This document shows, in pieces, positions 36,147 through 48,816 of a stretch of DNA of 64,000 nt (position 1 is its first letter; each line of letters opens with the position of its first letter). The position numbers and the translations under genes were made by a program. The stretch comes from Amoebophrya sp. A120 (Eukaryota > Protista > Dinoflagellata): assembly GCA_905178155.1 (NCBI GenBank), contig CAJINV010000001.1, forward strand, positions 4,078,421 through 4,142,420, given 5' to 3'. The notes beneath the pieces were generated by a model. That model worked only from the letters and a program-made list of their open reading frames with translations, searched no databases and was not told where the DNA came from.

Positions 36147-36260
36147 ACTTTATCAAGACATTTAATGTCTTGATAAAGTTGATGTCCTCCAGTGTTCCTA
36201 TTAGCGTTTACTAATAGTAAACGCTAATAGGAACAAGTGCTTCACCTGGAGGACATCAAC
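36147..36260. repeat. Cluster of perfect or nested palindromes
   Basis: 16-bp arm hairpin 36147-36179. A 15-bp stem (36178-36192/36246-36260) encloses a 21-bp arm hairpin 36193-36235. Confidence 0.9.
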
Positions 36261-37019
36261 ATCCACTTGAGTTTATTGCGTTGACTACCCTTCTCGAAAA
36301 TACGTGATGAACTGAAATTAATCAGAGACCGGGTAAATAAAAAGAGAAATTCGTTTCAACTTCTTGACTTTTTGGACTGCTTCTATACAGAAATGCACCA
36401 GACCACGACATCAGTACTTTCGCACAAAGCTTTTTTTTTCGTCATTGTTTTCGTTCGACGCGTGTTCTCGATTTACTACAAAAATGAAAATCGTGATTAT
36501 CGGTGATCTCCGATGGGTGAAGGGGAGGTTCGTAGAACAAGCAAGGTGGAGTATGTAGTTTCAATTAAAATTTACGCCGCTCCGCATCTTCACGTTCACA
36601 TCTTTTTTTTTCGTGTATCGTTGCCGTCGCTGTTGACAACATGGTCGCCGTCTTACATACAACTGTAGCAGCCTTTTCAAAATAGCATGGCTCTGCTTGT
36701 ATAAAGTTGTGTCGGGGAAATCGCTTTTGTTCATGTCGGGGAACAGGAACACTAGATATAGTGCCAACATCGTCATCCTCGTCATTGTGATTGTCTTCAA
36801 CCGGTTCCAATACTATTGTCGTGAAAAGCAGGTGGGGAGCAGAAGGATAAGGAAACATCCTGTCTGGGCGTTCCTGATCGTGGGGGTTGAAAGAAGTTCT
36901 AAGTAATGAAACTGTAACTACGTGTCCAAGTAGAGCTCACAGGGACACACTATCAATATCATCAAATACAAATAGGAAGAAATATAGAGGGAGGCGGCAC
37001 TTCTACATCTACTACCATC

Positions 37020-38541
37020 ATGACAGCTGCAGGCAAGGATCAGGATGACGCACTACCTCTGTCCCCTGTTGTCGGTCGTGACATTCTACTTTTATGTCGT
37101 GGCGCTCCCACGCACGCCGTCGTGCACCCGCCCGATCTCCTGCTTCCAAGTTTAAATGTGGAAAGCAAAGCTGCAGCCGCATCACCGGCAAGGACAAAAA
37201 TGAGCAACGCTGGTCGCGCAGATGGAGACGAGTCAACAGCTGCGAAAGTAGTTGGAGAAGCACAAGCAGTGCCTGCTTTCTTCATGACGCCAAAAAGGGG
37301 CGACGCAGCTGCAAGGAAGCTGTCCGACGCCACTCCGTCGACCGTTGCATCGTCCTCGTCGACCTCGTTCGCGTCGCTTTCTCTTGAAGACCTGTCGTTC
37401 TCGCCCGCGCGATTAGAAGAGCCAAACACGTGCAGCTCTTCCGTAGAAGTGCTGCCAGGCGCAGTGGCAGTGGAAGATAAGAATGATACCACTTTCGCTC
37501 CTTTGGATTTCGATTTGGTGTCGGCGAGAAATTTAGAGCAAACCGAGGAAGCGAGCCATCAACTTCTGCCTCTCGTCGCCGAAGATATTAGCCAAGTCGT
37601 TGTAGAGTCTACAACGATTCGCCATCTTGCAGAGGTGACGGAGATGCAGATCATGCAGTTTCTGGATTGCCGCAGTCTGGCGTTTTACGAAGTCACCTCC
37701 AAGGACTCGCGGCGGCTGGCCATCGAGCTGTGGCGACTGCATTCTGACACGCTCGACCGCCTGTTCACGCAGTTAGAAGCAGTGGAGCTCCCGGACGCGA
37801 TCACGAAAAAGGTAAGCTGGAAAAATAAGGAGAAGGCGAGGTATATCCGCAGACTGATCGCGGGCGTAAAGCGTGGGCTGGCAGAACGCGGATTCACAAC
37901 CAGCTTCTCGGAGTATTTCGCAACGCACCAGTCAAATATCCAGATGGCCGTCATTGCGAAGCGGTACAGTAGTTTTCTTGACGAGAAGTACGAGAAGTTG
38001 ATGATAGAATCATGGTGGTAATTCTTGATCATTGAACTTATTATCCTGTTCAACTACCCTCCAGGTGGATCTCGCTCGAGCCTGGTAGCGACCTTCTAGT
38101 ATTAACGTTCTACTTTTTCTATTCTGAGAATATGAATACACAAGCAGGTATCTCCGCTGGTCTCTGGTCCGGGACTCCATGGTCTCCGCCCTTTTCTACC
38201 AGCGCCTGCAGACGCAGAACTTCGCTCGCTGGCTGCACCGGAACCGGCACGAGTGGCAGCGCATGCTGGGACAGGCGACCGACGCAAACGAGGATTACCG
38301 CCTCCTCGGGAATATTCTGGAACGAGCACGAGTAGTAGAGCCGGCGCGCAACATTCAGGCAGCGGGACGTCGTCTCGACGCCGACGTCCCAGACCTCGTA
38401 CGAGAAGCAGTCGAAGCATATTATAACCACCATCACAACGAGAACGAGAATGACGATGGCATCCATGATGACCTTGAAGATATTGCAGATGAGGCCCAGG
38501 AAAATGTCGTCAACCGAGATGCCGGGACAGGACACGACTAG
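37020..38541 (+). CDS. Hypothetical protein with an F-box-like motif
   Basis: HLAEVTEMQIMQFLDCRSLAFYEVTSKDSRRLAIELW resembles an F-box. GT-AG intron 38018-38147 joins ORFs 37020 and 38179 in frame. Confidence 0.6.
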
Positions 38542-40121
38542 ACAAACTACAGAGTCGGGAGCGATGAGTAGAACTTTGACTATTGTATAAAGATACTCTG
38601 CTCAAGTAGAAGTTGTAGTGGGACGAACACCAACATCAACCTGTGTCAATGCCTACTCGCTCCCACAGAAGTACATGGAGATGAAATAATTTGAAAAGTA
38701 GATGACGTCGTGCCTCAGACCACACGAACACCAAGCAACACGTAACCAACTATATTTATGGGAAACTCAACTGTACCTATAGAAATAAAAGTTCTTCTTG
38801 CTCCTTCTGTGAGCCGCTCATATTTCCTCAATCCTTGTACAATTTTTTGGAAACTTTTCATGAAGCACGATGTCGGTGGGAAAAATCATGCGCTTACCTA
38901 AGCAATCGGTGACGATGAAGGTGATATCGACACAGAATAGTGGATACGATCGCGTCGCCCTTGTCGTTGTTGATGATGTGCGTCCACTTCTCAACAAAAG
39001 CCAAATCATGACGCAGAATTTGTTTCTTGTGTTCGCCACTCATAGTCTATCCCTATCGCTGGGCCTGGGATGAGAAGTTGTTTTCGACTTCGTTGGTAGC
39101 AGTAGCAGAATCAGCAACATCGCCAGCATGTGCATGAATGTTTTTGATTTCAACATGGGTGGAAAGGCGGAATCAAGAATTATGAAGCAGCAGATTTCCC
39201 TCAAACACGATGGCAGACTCCCACTTCGATATCATAGGCGTAGTACCCTGATTTTCCCATCAATCTAAAATCACGCACGAGTTGTAGCGAGGGCAATTTC
39301 GATCTTATATATATGACATAGACATTCACATTTGACATCACTCACACGATGAAGATGATGATGAATAGTTTTCCTCAAATTATCATGAACTCTTGGTCAC
39401 TCTCACTCCGCTCCTGCCTTCACACAAGAACGGTCGAAATGAGCAGGAAATTGAAAACGAGACACAGTATAAATGGAGTCGCTTACTACAAACCCACAGT
39501 AGAGAAAATCCCGACAAAATCGAGATGGAACAGAGACTGTTTTGAAAGTTTTGAAACGCGAACCATTTGTAAAAAAACATCACGAATTTCTTTCATCAGC
39601 AGGAGTACCGCTCCCATGCGGAGATGGGCCACACTGTCCACAGTTAGAACTTTTTGTAGCCAATTTTTGCTAAAAAAATCATCACGAAACGCAGCCTGCA
39701 TGCCACGACTTCAGTGCTGAGCCGCTCCTTCACTGCACTACTAGCTTCTTCTCCATCTGACTTCCCGGCTGCTCGCCAAGAACTCGCTGCATTTGCTGCA
39801 GTTAGAAGAAGTCCACCGACCACACAACAGCGCAGCGACGTCGACGTGGTCCTGGTCGTGCTTCTCGTGAAAGAAAATCAGTAAACGACGTCCAACCTTT
39901 TTACGTAGAATAAACACATAGCATCTCAACTACAACCTTGCTCGACGACAGCTGACCGAACGAGGACTCAACAACTACTTCATCTACTTCGCTTCCCAAT
40001 CAAGGCGAAGTCCTTCCACTCTCGTCTCGAAGCTCTTGTTCGTTGGACGAGATCTTTGTTCATCACACGAGCGGTATCTATCAGCGACGTCCTGAACAGC
40101 AGCAGCAGGAGCATCGTCATC

Positions 40122-42070
40122 ATGTCAACAGCAAGCGGTGGCTTCGCCATTCTCGCGGACGCGTTCCGGTTCTACGTGACGGATGTTGTCCAGCACGAAA
40201 TCCCGCTTTTTCTGCAGCAAATCAGCACCAGCCCCTTCCGCGACTGGCAGCAGTTGTGCGTGTTTACCGCCTTTTGGTGCATCGTGTATGTTTTCTCCGG
40301 GGTTCTGAACCGCGTGGCGTTGCTGAAAAACACCGCGTACCGAACGCTGAGCCGGATATCCAAGACAAAAACGTTGTTACTGTAAATTTGTAATGCGCAA
40401 CATTGAAGAAGATTGCGTCTGTCATGCTTGGCATGCGTCGTAGGGTCCATCAATGGGCGTTTTCACGTACTATCTGCGCATAACAGGTGTTTGCTGTCAT
40501 GCCAAACAGATTTGTAATGTTGTTCCTCCAAAACAGTTACACCTACAATGTTTTTTTCTTGGATGCCGGAACAAAAAGATTTACTACGACGGATGCGTGA
40601 CGAGCGGGGTGATGGGGACGGTGACCGGGTGGTACGCTTTCTCCATCTGGCTCACGCCGAACGAGGCAAGCAAGGCCGACCGGGTGATGGGCCGGGACCC
40701 CCGCGTGGACACGGCGGCGCGCCTCATGTACACCTACTTCGTCGTCGCTCTGGTCGTGGACCACGTGCTGCGACCGCTGGTTTCGCGGCTCGAGGCCGTA
40801 TCAAGTGCAAAAATGTCTGGGTCTGGAAGATTGGAACTTGTGATGCTAACTTTGGACTCTAGAAAAATCTGTATTGCATGACCAGCAGGAGCAGTGAGTC
40901 TAGTTTGTGCTACGCGGGGAGGGCGTTTGTCATGCGGAGTAGGCATCGGGAAGCCCTCTCAAGATCTGTGATGCGCGGTCGTGCATTACAGGCGTCCTGG
41001 GTCATGCAAAACATGCATGACAAATCTCAGAATCTTCCAGACCCAGACATTTTTACATTTGATAGGCCGACACTTGCGACAAACCCATGTACGCCGAAGC
41101 TTCCGTCGGCGACGACGCGGGGGCCTCTCCCTCCAACACCCCAACAGCTGCAGCCGGTGGGAATACAGACAAACAAAAGACCACTGCTTTTCCGAAAATT
41201 CCGGAGGCAGAAGTCGCCAAGGCGCGGAAACAAGAAGAACAGCATCTTCAAGGTGGAGGGCCCTCAACGACGGCGTCCAGTGCGACTTCCCCAACAGATT
41301 CCGCAGTGGAAGACAATGACGCGACCAGTGGAGAGCAGCAGGATAAAGATAAATCGAAATTGAAGCAAACACAGGCTGACGAAAAGAACAAAACAAAAAC
41401 AGCAGTTGTTTCTGCAACAACTGCAAACAGTACTAAGGCCAAGAAGAAACCTCTGCTGACCGATGACGTGGCCTTTCTCCTGCACCACATCGCTGCCTTG
41501 GTCATGGTTGCCATCACGATGCACCCCTTCGCGCACTACCACACCCCGGCTTTGATAATCTGGGAGATCTCGTCGCCTTTTTTGAACTACCGGTTGGTCA
41601 GCCTCGCGTTTGGCCTGACCAGCGGCACCGTGTTCAACATCATGCAGGCGTTGTTCGTGATCACCTTCCTCCTCTTCAGGATTGTGATCGGCCTGCCCTC
41701 GGTGACGTTTCTGGCCGCGGACCTGGTGCGCAGCATCCTGTTTCGCCACCCGGGCACCTTCAAGCTCTGGGTGACCGGACTGCAGGTGCTGGGCCTCGGC
41801 CTGGCGGGCGGCGGGGCCGCGGGAACGGAGGGTGGCTACGTCGACCTGCGCTCCACCGACCCCAGAGTTCATCTCGCCCACATGAGCAGTTTCTCGGCGC
41901 CGACCGACGACACGGACCTGCCGCTGTTTCTCGCCCTGGGTGCGCTCACCGGAAACGTCCTGCTCACGTTTCTCAACTGCTTCTGGGGCTACAAAATCGT
42001 CGTGCGAGCGATCAAGCTGTACTTGCCCGGGCTCTTTCCGGCCGGAAAGAAAAAGGACAAAACTCAGTGA
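40122..42070 (+). CDS. TLC (TRAM/LAG1/CLN8) domain membrane protein
   Basis: FLLHHIAAL, WEISSPFLNYR, FVITFLLFRI, LNCFWGYKIV, C-terminal KKKDKTQ. Exons 40122-40356, 40571-40798, 41070-42070. Confidence 0.85.
40357..40565. mobile_element. TIR introner element, non-canonical intron
   Basis: TATCCAAGACAAAAACGTTGT...ACAATGTTTTTTTCTTGGATG. TSD CCGGA at 40352-40356 and 40566-40570. Excision gives LSR|NKKIYYD. Confidence 0.88.
40799..41064. mobile_element. TIR introner element
   Basis: 34-bp TIR TATCAAGTGCAAAAATGTCTGGGTCTGGAAGATT (2 mismatches). TSD GGCCG at 40794-40798 and 41065-41069. Excision gives LEA|DTCDKPMY. Confidence 0.93.
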
Positions 42071-43124
42071 AGAACAGATCGGGTATAGAAGATCCACCGG
42101 CGGTCACCGACCGTCTGGTGGTACAACTGGTACGCCGCACCGCCTGCGATGCTGGCACCACGACCGCGTCCTGTCATACTAGTCGTTCTCGGTCACCCTC
42201 ATTGAGACTGAAGTACAAATGGTGTATGACCTGCTCTGACTTAGGCAGGTGGTACAACTAGATCACCACCTTCACTACTCGCAACGCACGAGTAGAAGGA
42301 TGAGCACATGAACAGCGGGCTTTTAGTTTTACACACAGAGCAACATGATGAGTTTAACATCCGCTTCGCCAAGGAAGAGTAGCGGGTGCTATCGTATGGA
42401 AGATGAACAACGAGAAAAGACTGTCTTATTTTGCCAAATCCGGTGATGTAAGCGAAAACTGGTGCGTTAATTTGGAAAGGAAATTTGGATAAATTTGATT
42501 CTTCATCCTACCTGTAGTCTGGGACAATGCTTTGCGTTGTCTCCACGGAATCGCATTCGACCCCCATGGAAGATGATAAACATGTTGTACGTGTTTTATC
42601 ATTTTCGTGACCACAAGGGGCAGCCAGCTGTTCTCGTCCTCCTTGTCCTTTCGTTGTTCTCGAGAGTGCGAAATACGCACGAAAGATGGAAAATACAAAG
42701 TTCGCCTCTGGGACTGGGACTGGTTGATGGTTGTTTGAGTCTGCGACCTCCCGAATTGAAGATCAGTCGTTTTTTCGTTGATGACTTCTACTTCAACAAC
42801 GTACTTAGATTCTTTTGACATTGACAGTGATCCTCAACATCCCTTTCTGTCGTGTTAAGCTAGACGCAGTCGTTTGGTGATGTGGTGAACGTCAGTGTCA
42901 GGTACTTGGTCATCCTGGTTTTTAATGTGGTAAACGTAAGTATCGATAACTACCGATCTTCACACTACTTCTTCGGGGGCGGTAATGCTGGCAACTCTAG
43001 TTCTCCAACAACAGAAGCAGTTCTTGTTGGTCCGTGCCGCTGCGCCGGTTACTTCGGTGTAAGAACTGACTAGCTATTGGTATCATTGGTCTTCACGACT
43101 ACTTTTGGCAATCAAAATCACTCC

Positions 43125-45819
43125 ATGTCCGGCCATCGTCCCGTGTACCACAACCAGCCTCAGTCGTTGTCTGTCGTCGTTTCTTCGACTCCGTCTTTTG
43201 CTTCTAGAGCCTGTAGTTCTTGCCGACGTGGCCACAAAAAGGTTGTTCGTTCGTCTCCCCGCCCAGAGCAGCATAATTCTGCTGTAGTCTACAGGACCAG
43301 GAGCACGACCTCAGGACGTCGAAGCTGCACCAGTCGACGAGGATCATCTTCACGACACAGCAAGAATCTTAGGGCGAAGAAAGCTGGTCGTACTAGTGCG
43401 GCTGTTCTACTCTCAGCACGACCCGCTACGTCCGCCCGATTCGCGCTCGCCTCGGCGTTTCTGCTCCTGGATGCGCGCACGCGAAACGATGGGGTGTTGG
43501 CCTTTGTCGGCGACGGCTTTAATGCGGTGGATCGCATCACGGACGACGAATATCTCGAGTTGAAGCGAAACCTGCGAGACAGTTGCAGCGACAGCAGTGC
43601 GGGGGGTGGTCATGGTGACGAAGATGCGGCTGCAGCTCCCAGCACCTCTTGGTTTGGCGGCGGAGCTGCGAGCAGGAGTAGTAGCTCCGGGCAGGAGCCG
43701 CAGAAGAAGACCACCTGGGTTCCACCACCGGGAACGATCAATCGGCTATTCGATTACCATGGGTCGGACCGCGGGTTCAAAAAACACATGTACGGCACAA
43801 CGTATGACTACCTGTTCACACAGAGCAACGAACAGCGGTGCGCGGTGAGGCACCTTCTCGAGGTGGGGATCGGGTCAGTGAACCCGAGCTCCCCCGGCCA
43901 CATGCTGGAGCACAAGGACCGGTCGGACTTCGCCTACAAGCCGGGGCCGTCGCTGCGGGTGTGGCGGGACGTGTTTCCCAACGCGCAGATCATCGGGTGG
44001 GACATTGATCCCGATGCCATGATTTACGGCGAGGAGCGGATCCAGACGTTCACCATTGACACGGTGAACAAGACGCAGGTAGACCTGTTTTTCTACAACC
44101 AGTTATGATCCACAAACAACAAGTAGAACCCATGATCGTCCCCATCGCAATTCATTTCTACAAGACCAAAGGCACAGGCTGTGCAGCTTCATGTTTGGCA
44201 TGACGAACTGGATGGGGATCAGGGGTCGTGGTTCTGTTTTTTCCTGCTGGATACCAATTACCACAGAAAAAAACCCATCCACATCCAATTTGGCATGCTT
44301 AAGACGTATCAAATTCAAATCATGTGTTTGTCATGCAAAAAATGGATGTGGATGGCATGGGTTTCTTTCTGTGGATACCAATTCGACTGGGACTACGAGT
44401 CCTACGCCAAAGCGCGGTGGGGTCGGGCGGTGCGTAACCGCGCGAATTGGAAGGAAATTCTGTACGTGGCGGATCAGAGTGCGAGCGACCCGAGCAATCA
44501 GGTCGCGGAGCTGGAAACGCGGTGGGACCGGGCCGAACTAACCACGATGGACATCATTCTGGACGACGGACTGCACGTTCCGCTGGCCAATGACGCGACC
44601 ATGAGTTTTTTGTGGCCCTACCTGAACCCGAAAAACGGGATGTACATCATCGAAGACCTGGACGGCCACCTCAGCGAACAGGCCAACCACTACCGGGCCA
44701 AGTTCGACCAGCGCTACACCTCCGTGCTTATGGTAGTGCAAGGTACAGAAGTCCTGGTGATGATAATTAACTAGTCTTTATATAATATGGGGCGTACGCC
44801 ACTTCTTCCACCGTGATGTCCTCTACTTAATTACGTTATTCTTGTCCTTTCTTGTCTGGATAAAATTGAAGTTGCGAGGATTTCTCTGCAGGTACCACGG
44901 TTGCGTCGAATATTATTGCGATCAAGAAGACCCCCGAGTCGCCCGGACACGTCCCCATTACGGCGGCCCAACTGGACCCGAAAAATCAGCTGCAAGCCGC
45001 TCACTGCTGGAACCGGCTCGACTTTGCCCAGGCCGACTGGGAGGGCGTCGCGGTAAACCGCACCTTCGAAAACTGTTGTCTGTATGCAGCGGAGCGTGCA
45101 AGTTTTTTTACCCATACCATCGTAATCGTAGTAGAGGTAGACCACCACGTACTAGGTAGAAGTAGAAGTCGCAGGCCAAGACTATAGTTATACCACCCTT
45201 GATACAACTACAAGTCAATTCAGCAGTCTCGAAAGTCCTCGTGACCTGAGGGTGTATTTTGCCATGTCCGATATGGGTGGTAGTAAATGTTCAGATGTTG
45301 ATGCAGTCGTGGTCGTGCTTATTATGCAGAGTCAACAATGTGGTCAGCGTCAATCTCAATTGCCATTCATTGCATGGAAATGGATCGTGCGGTTATGGTT
45401 ATGCGTTATTTTCTGTGCATATTCTTGGGTCGCCAAACGCGCCCTCGCGCAAGGATTGCTACAAACCAACGGACGCGCACCCGACCTGGGAGCGCGACTT
45501 CTACTCGCACAACATCGACGGTAGTAACTGGCTCGAACTGTTCTACATGGCGACTTTGTGCTGCGCTCCGAGAATAGCGGCGCGGACAAAAGACGTGCAC
45601 GTGCTCAAATATTTCCACGTGCCTACAGTTTCCGACCGGTTTCTTCCAAGCGGCGGTGCCAGTACGACTCTTAGGACAGATGAGGAAGCTGAAAACGACA
45701 TGGAGATGCAGGCAGTGGTTAAGAAAGACGCGGACGGAGAAAGTAGTACGGTGGTTTCCCTGCCTTTGCCCGGCAGCCTGAAATCGCGACGAGCCTACAA
45801 AGGGACGCCGATACTGTAG
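43125..45819 (+). CDS. SAM-dependent O-methyltransferase-like protein with a Cys-rich C-terminal region
   Basis: HMYGTTYD, LLEVGIG, SLRVWRDVFPNAQIIGWDID, DIILDDGLH, LWPYLNPKNGMYIIEDL. Exons 43125-44103, 44383-44742, 44892-45082, 45427-45819; the last two exons are less certain. Confidence 0.72.
44104..44377. mobile_element. Two tandem family-D-like introner elements (44104-44253 degenerate; 44259-44377)
   Basis: TSD occurs three times: CCAGT 44099-44103, CCAAT 44254-44258, CCAAT 44378-44382. Both elements end in GGATA. Joint removal gives FYNQ|FDWDYE. Confidence 0.85.
45083..45421. mobile_element. Highly degenerate introner-derived non-canonical intron
   Basis: Ends TATGCA...TGCATA. Decayed TSD GTCTG/TTCTT. 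Removal of 45083-45426 gives FENCCL|GSPNAPSRKDC in frame. Confidence 0.55.
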
Positions 45820-46600
45820 CAAATGAATCTTGCGCCGCCGGAGGAGTAAACGAACAAGGTGCGGTCGTTCGTTTTGTTGATCTTGCAATGCTACTTGTGG
45901 TTTTGATCATCATGTCCTTTGCCACAACCGCTTATGCGGCAATTTTCATTTTTTTTGTGGGCGGCAGACTCCGCCGACTCGATCCAGTTCTTCTTCTTTT
46001 GAAAAACCCAATGAATAGAATTAAGTGCACCTAATCGCATTGGTAGCCACTTTGATGTGCTGTGAGCAGGGGTAGAAGGAAAGAAACGAGGTAAACAGTT
46101 CCTGCCTCACCAGGGCGCGGCGTTGATTGGAGGTGGAGGCTTTTGTAGTTTCTATACTAGGTGTATCTTGCTGTGGTCGGAGATAACAATCGAGAAAAAT
46201 ACAACGCTCGTACTCCAAGGGCCCCCGCCGCTATTTCACTAGCAATTCTCATTGAGCGGACGGATGATCTATCTTCGCGGGAGCGAGCGGTATACACATA
46301 CAGAACCAGCGAACAAGGGACGATACAAAGTGAGTGTGGTATTTCATGTACGAGGGCTGGAAACCTAGTCTAGCCCGTAGCTATGAAGGGGTCGACTACA
46401 CCCACGACGTCCTCGTGTGCGGCCCTTGCAGGAGCGAGGAATCAATTTGTATTCGAATTCTAAGATTCCACGTGTTGTGCTGCTCTAGTGTTTGTTGTAT
46501 TTCGGTAACACTTTCAATTCTTATTCTCGTTGCGTCGACTTATTGCTCAGCACCTGGTGCAGCTTTCAGTGCATGCCCGTTCGCGTGAACAAGGAATAAA

Positions 46601-48816
46601 ATGCAGCAGCGCACAAGTAGAGCACGTCAAGACCGCTCCAACACTTCCAGCGTGCCAGCGCCTCCCGGAAATGACACTTCCAACAGGCGCAAAGCGCAGG
46701 ACCGAGCGACGCTATTGCGCATCGTTGCAAAGCTGGACTCGTTGCTGCAGCGGGTCGCGCAGTGGATGGCAGATCAAAAGATGGATCACAGCACCGAGGA
46801 AGACGAGAAGGGGGTGCACGACGCAATGAAGATGCAACCAGGCACAGGAGCTGTCGCAGCTGAGGACGTAAGAAGTAGATCTTCATCTTGATGTAGTTGT
46901 AGATCAAAGAATGGGTCGTGGCTCACTATGATGCGTAATATCGGGAAGTCCGCCAAAAACAGGTAACGTCCCGCTCACGCGAATGGCTCTCCGTCCCCGG
47001 CCTTGTCGAGCTCTTGAATACCAATATCGTATGCAAAATTACCCACATCTGTCTCCGCTGCAGAACTTTTTGTTTTTTTCCAATTGAATGTGCAGGCATG
47101 TGTCAAACACGCTACCGCTTGCTTCTACCGCACCTAGTGCTACTCACACTCTTACATGATATGCTTTTGCTGTATCTTTTTGCGTTGCGTTTACTTTATT
47201 TCGCATGTTGAAACTACTACTACAAATCAAGAAAGATGTGAGTTTTTTTTCATAGCATAGCCTAGCTGGCCACGCTAGACCGACGGATGCGCCGTATTCT
47301 GCTGGCGCAAGGCAGCGGTGATCAGCAGCGACTAGTTGCTGAGCAGCAGCGACAGATCCGCGCACAGTTGCGATTGGTCGTGAAGGACACCGGCGCGGAG
47401 CTTCCCCCAACGCCCGCGGAGGAAGAGTTCGTAACTCCGGCGGTTTTCCATCGCGGACAAGAACTGCAGCATGATAAGGCAGTAGAAGTAGAACCTTTTG
47501 AAAGAAAGCAAGATCATGATCATACATATCAAGACGAGCGGTATGGTGCCACCACCTACCGGCAGGCAAAGAACAAACTCGCAGCCGAGTCGACCTCACC
47601 AAAAGCGACGGCTGCGATGCTGAGCTACATGATGAGTGCTTCCAGTAGAGCGCGGGAACAGGTGGATCCGCGCTTGATGAGCCAGATACTCGCAGCCCAT
47701 GGAGGCGGCCCTCCGCCTCCTCACGACAGAACCCAACCGACATCGTCGGCCACAGTGCAGAAGACAGGCTCTGCAGGAGGAGGTGTTCCTTCAGGGGAGC
47801 AGGCAAGAGGTGGGGACGAGCAAGTAGATCGTACCGATGTTCATCTTGATTCGCACCAATACCAAACAACCAACAGCGACAGTCAACGTGGGCGCCGACC
47901 GGCTGTTCCGCCGAGAAGTAGTGGAAGCACAAATCATGAGTACTTGCCAGCACAACGGCTGTTGAATAACCCGTCGGAGTCTCCACCGGTAGTTCCGGGC
48001 TCCTGCCGTGCAAAGTCATCTTCGTCCCCCTCTGGCTACGTGAGTGTCCCTCTACAACCACCGCCACGCGGGCTACAACAGAAGACGCTCTTCAAACCCG
48101 CCGCTCCGGATGTTTATCCAGGAAAAAACATCCATCCCCATCCAATTTGTCATGCAAAACATGCATAAAGTCCACTATTTGTCATGCAAAAAATGGATGG
48201 GGATGGGTGTTTTTTCTTGGATAATGTTACTGTCGACGCACAAGGCGGAGGACCGTCGCCAACAGCCGGACCTGCGTCCTCCGGTGTCTTCCGCTCGTTT
48301 GCACTTCCCGAACACCTCGCGTACCCGTCGAGGCAGGCGTTGCCGAGCGTTGTCTCCCCGGCCCTCGGCAATTTCACCTCATCGGTGGCTTTTGTACCTC
48401 CATTTTTTGTTGGGCAAGGAGATGAACATCAGCAAGAGCGTCACTCTTCCATAGGCCACCAGCAGCACCATCCCGGCGCAGTTCTTAGTCTTACCTCGCC
48501 TCTTCAACACCAGCACCAGAGGCCCAGCAGCACACCAGCCGCAAGCGTATTGTCAGGCCCTTTGGTGGATCCCCCGGACCCAAACGTCTGGCTGCGCATG
48601 CCCACGGAGGAAAAGGTTCAGAACGAGGCATTACTTGACAAGATCGAAGAGTGGCTCGGGAGCACGGGCAAAAACAGCACACGCCGGTGGAACCAATCTC
48701 AGCTGCAAAAACTCGCAGACTTCGCTAAAGGAAGAGACTTGACGGATCCCGAACGCATCTACAAGCAGTATATGGAAGAGAAAACGCGGCAAGCAGCTGC
48801 TACTTCCTACTATTGA
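46601..48816 (+). CDS. Hypothetical low-complexity protein
   Basis: Exons 46601-46867 (GTAAG donor, tentative), 47266-48114, 48229-48816. The last two are joined by excising a family-D element. No domain recognised. Confidence 0.55.
48115..48223. mobile_element. TIR introner element (family D), reverse orientation relative to 26197-26305
   Basis: TATCCAGGAAAAAACATCCATCCCCATCC...GGATGGGGATGGGTGTTTTTTCTTGGATA. TSD ATGTT at 48110-48114 and 48224-48228. Excision gives APDV|TVDA. Confidence 0.94.
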
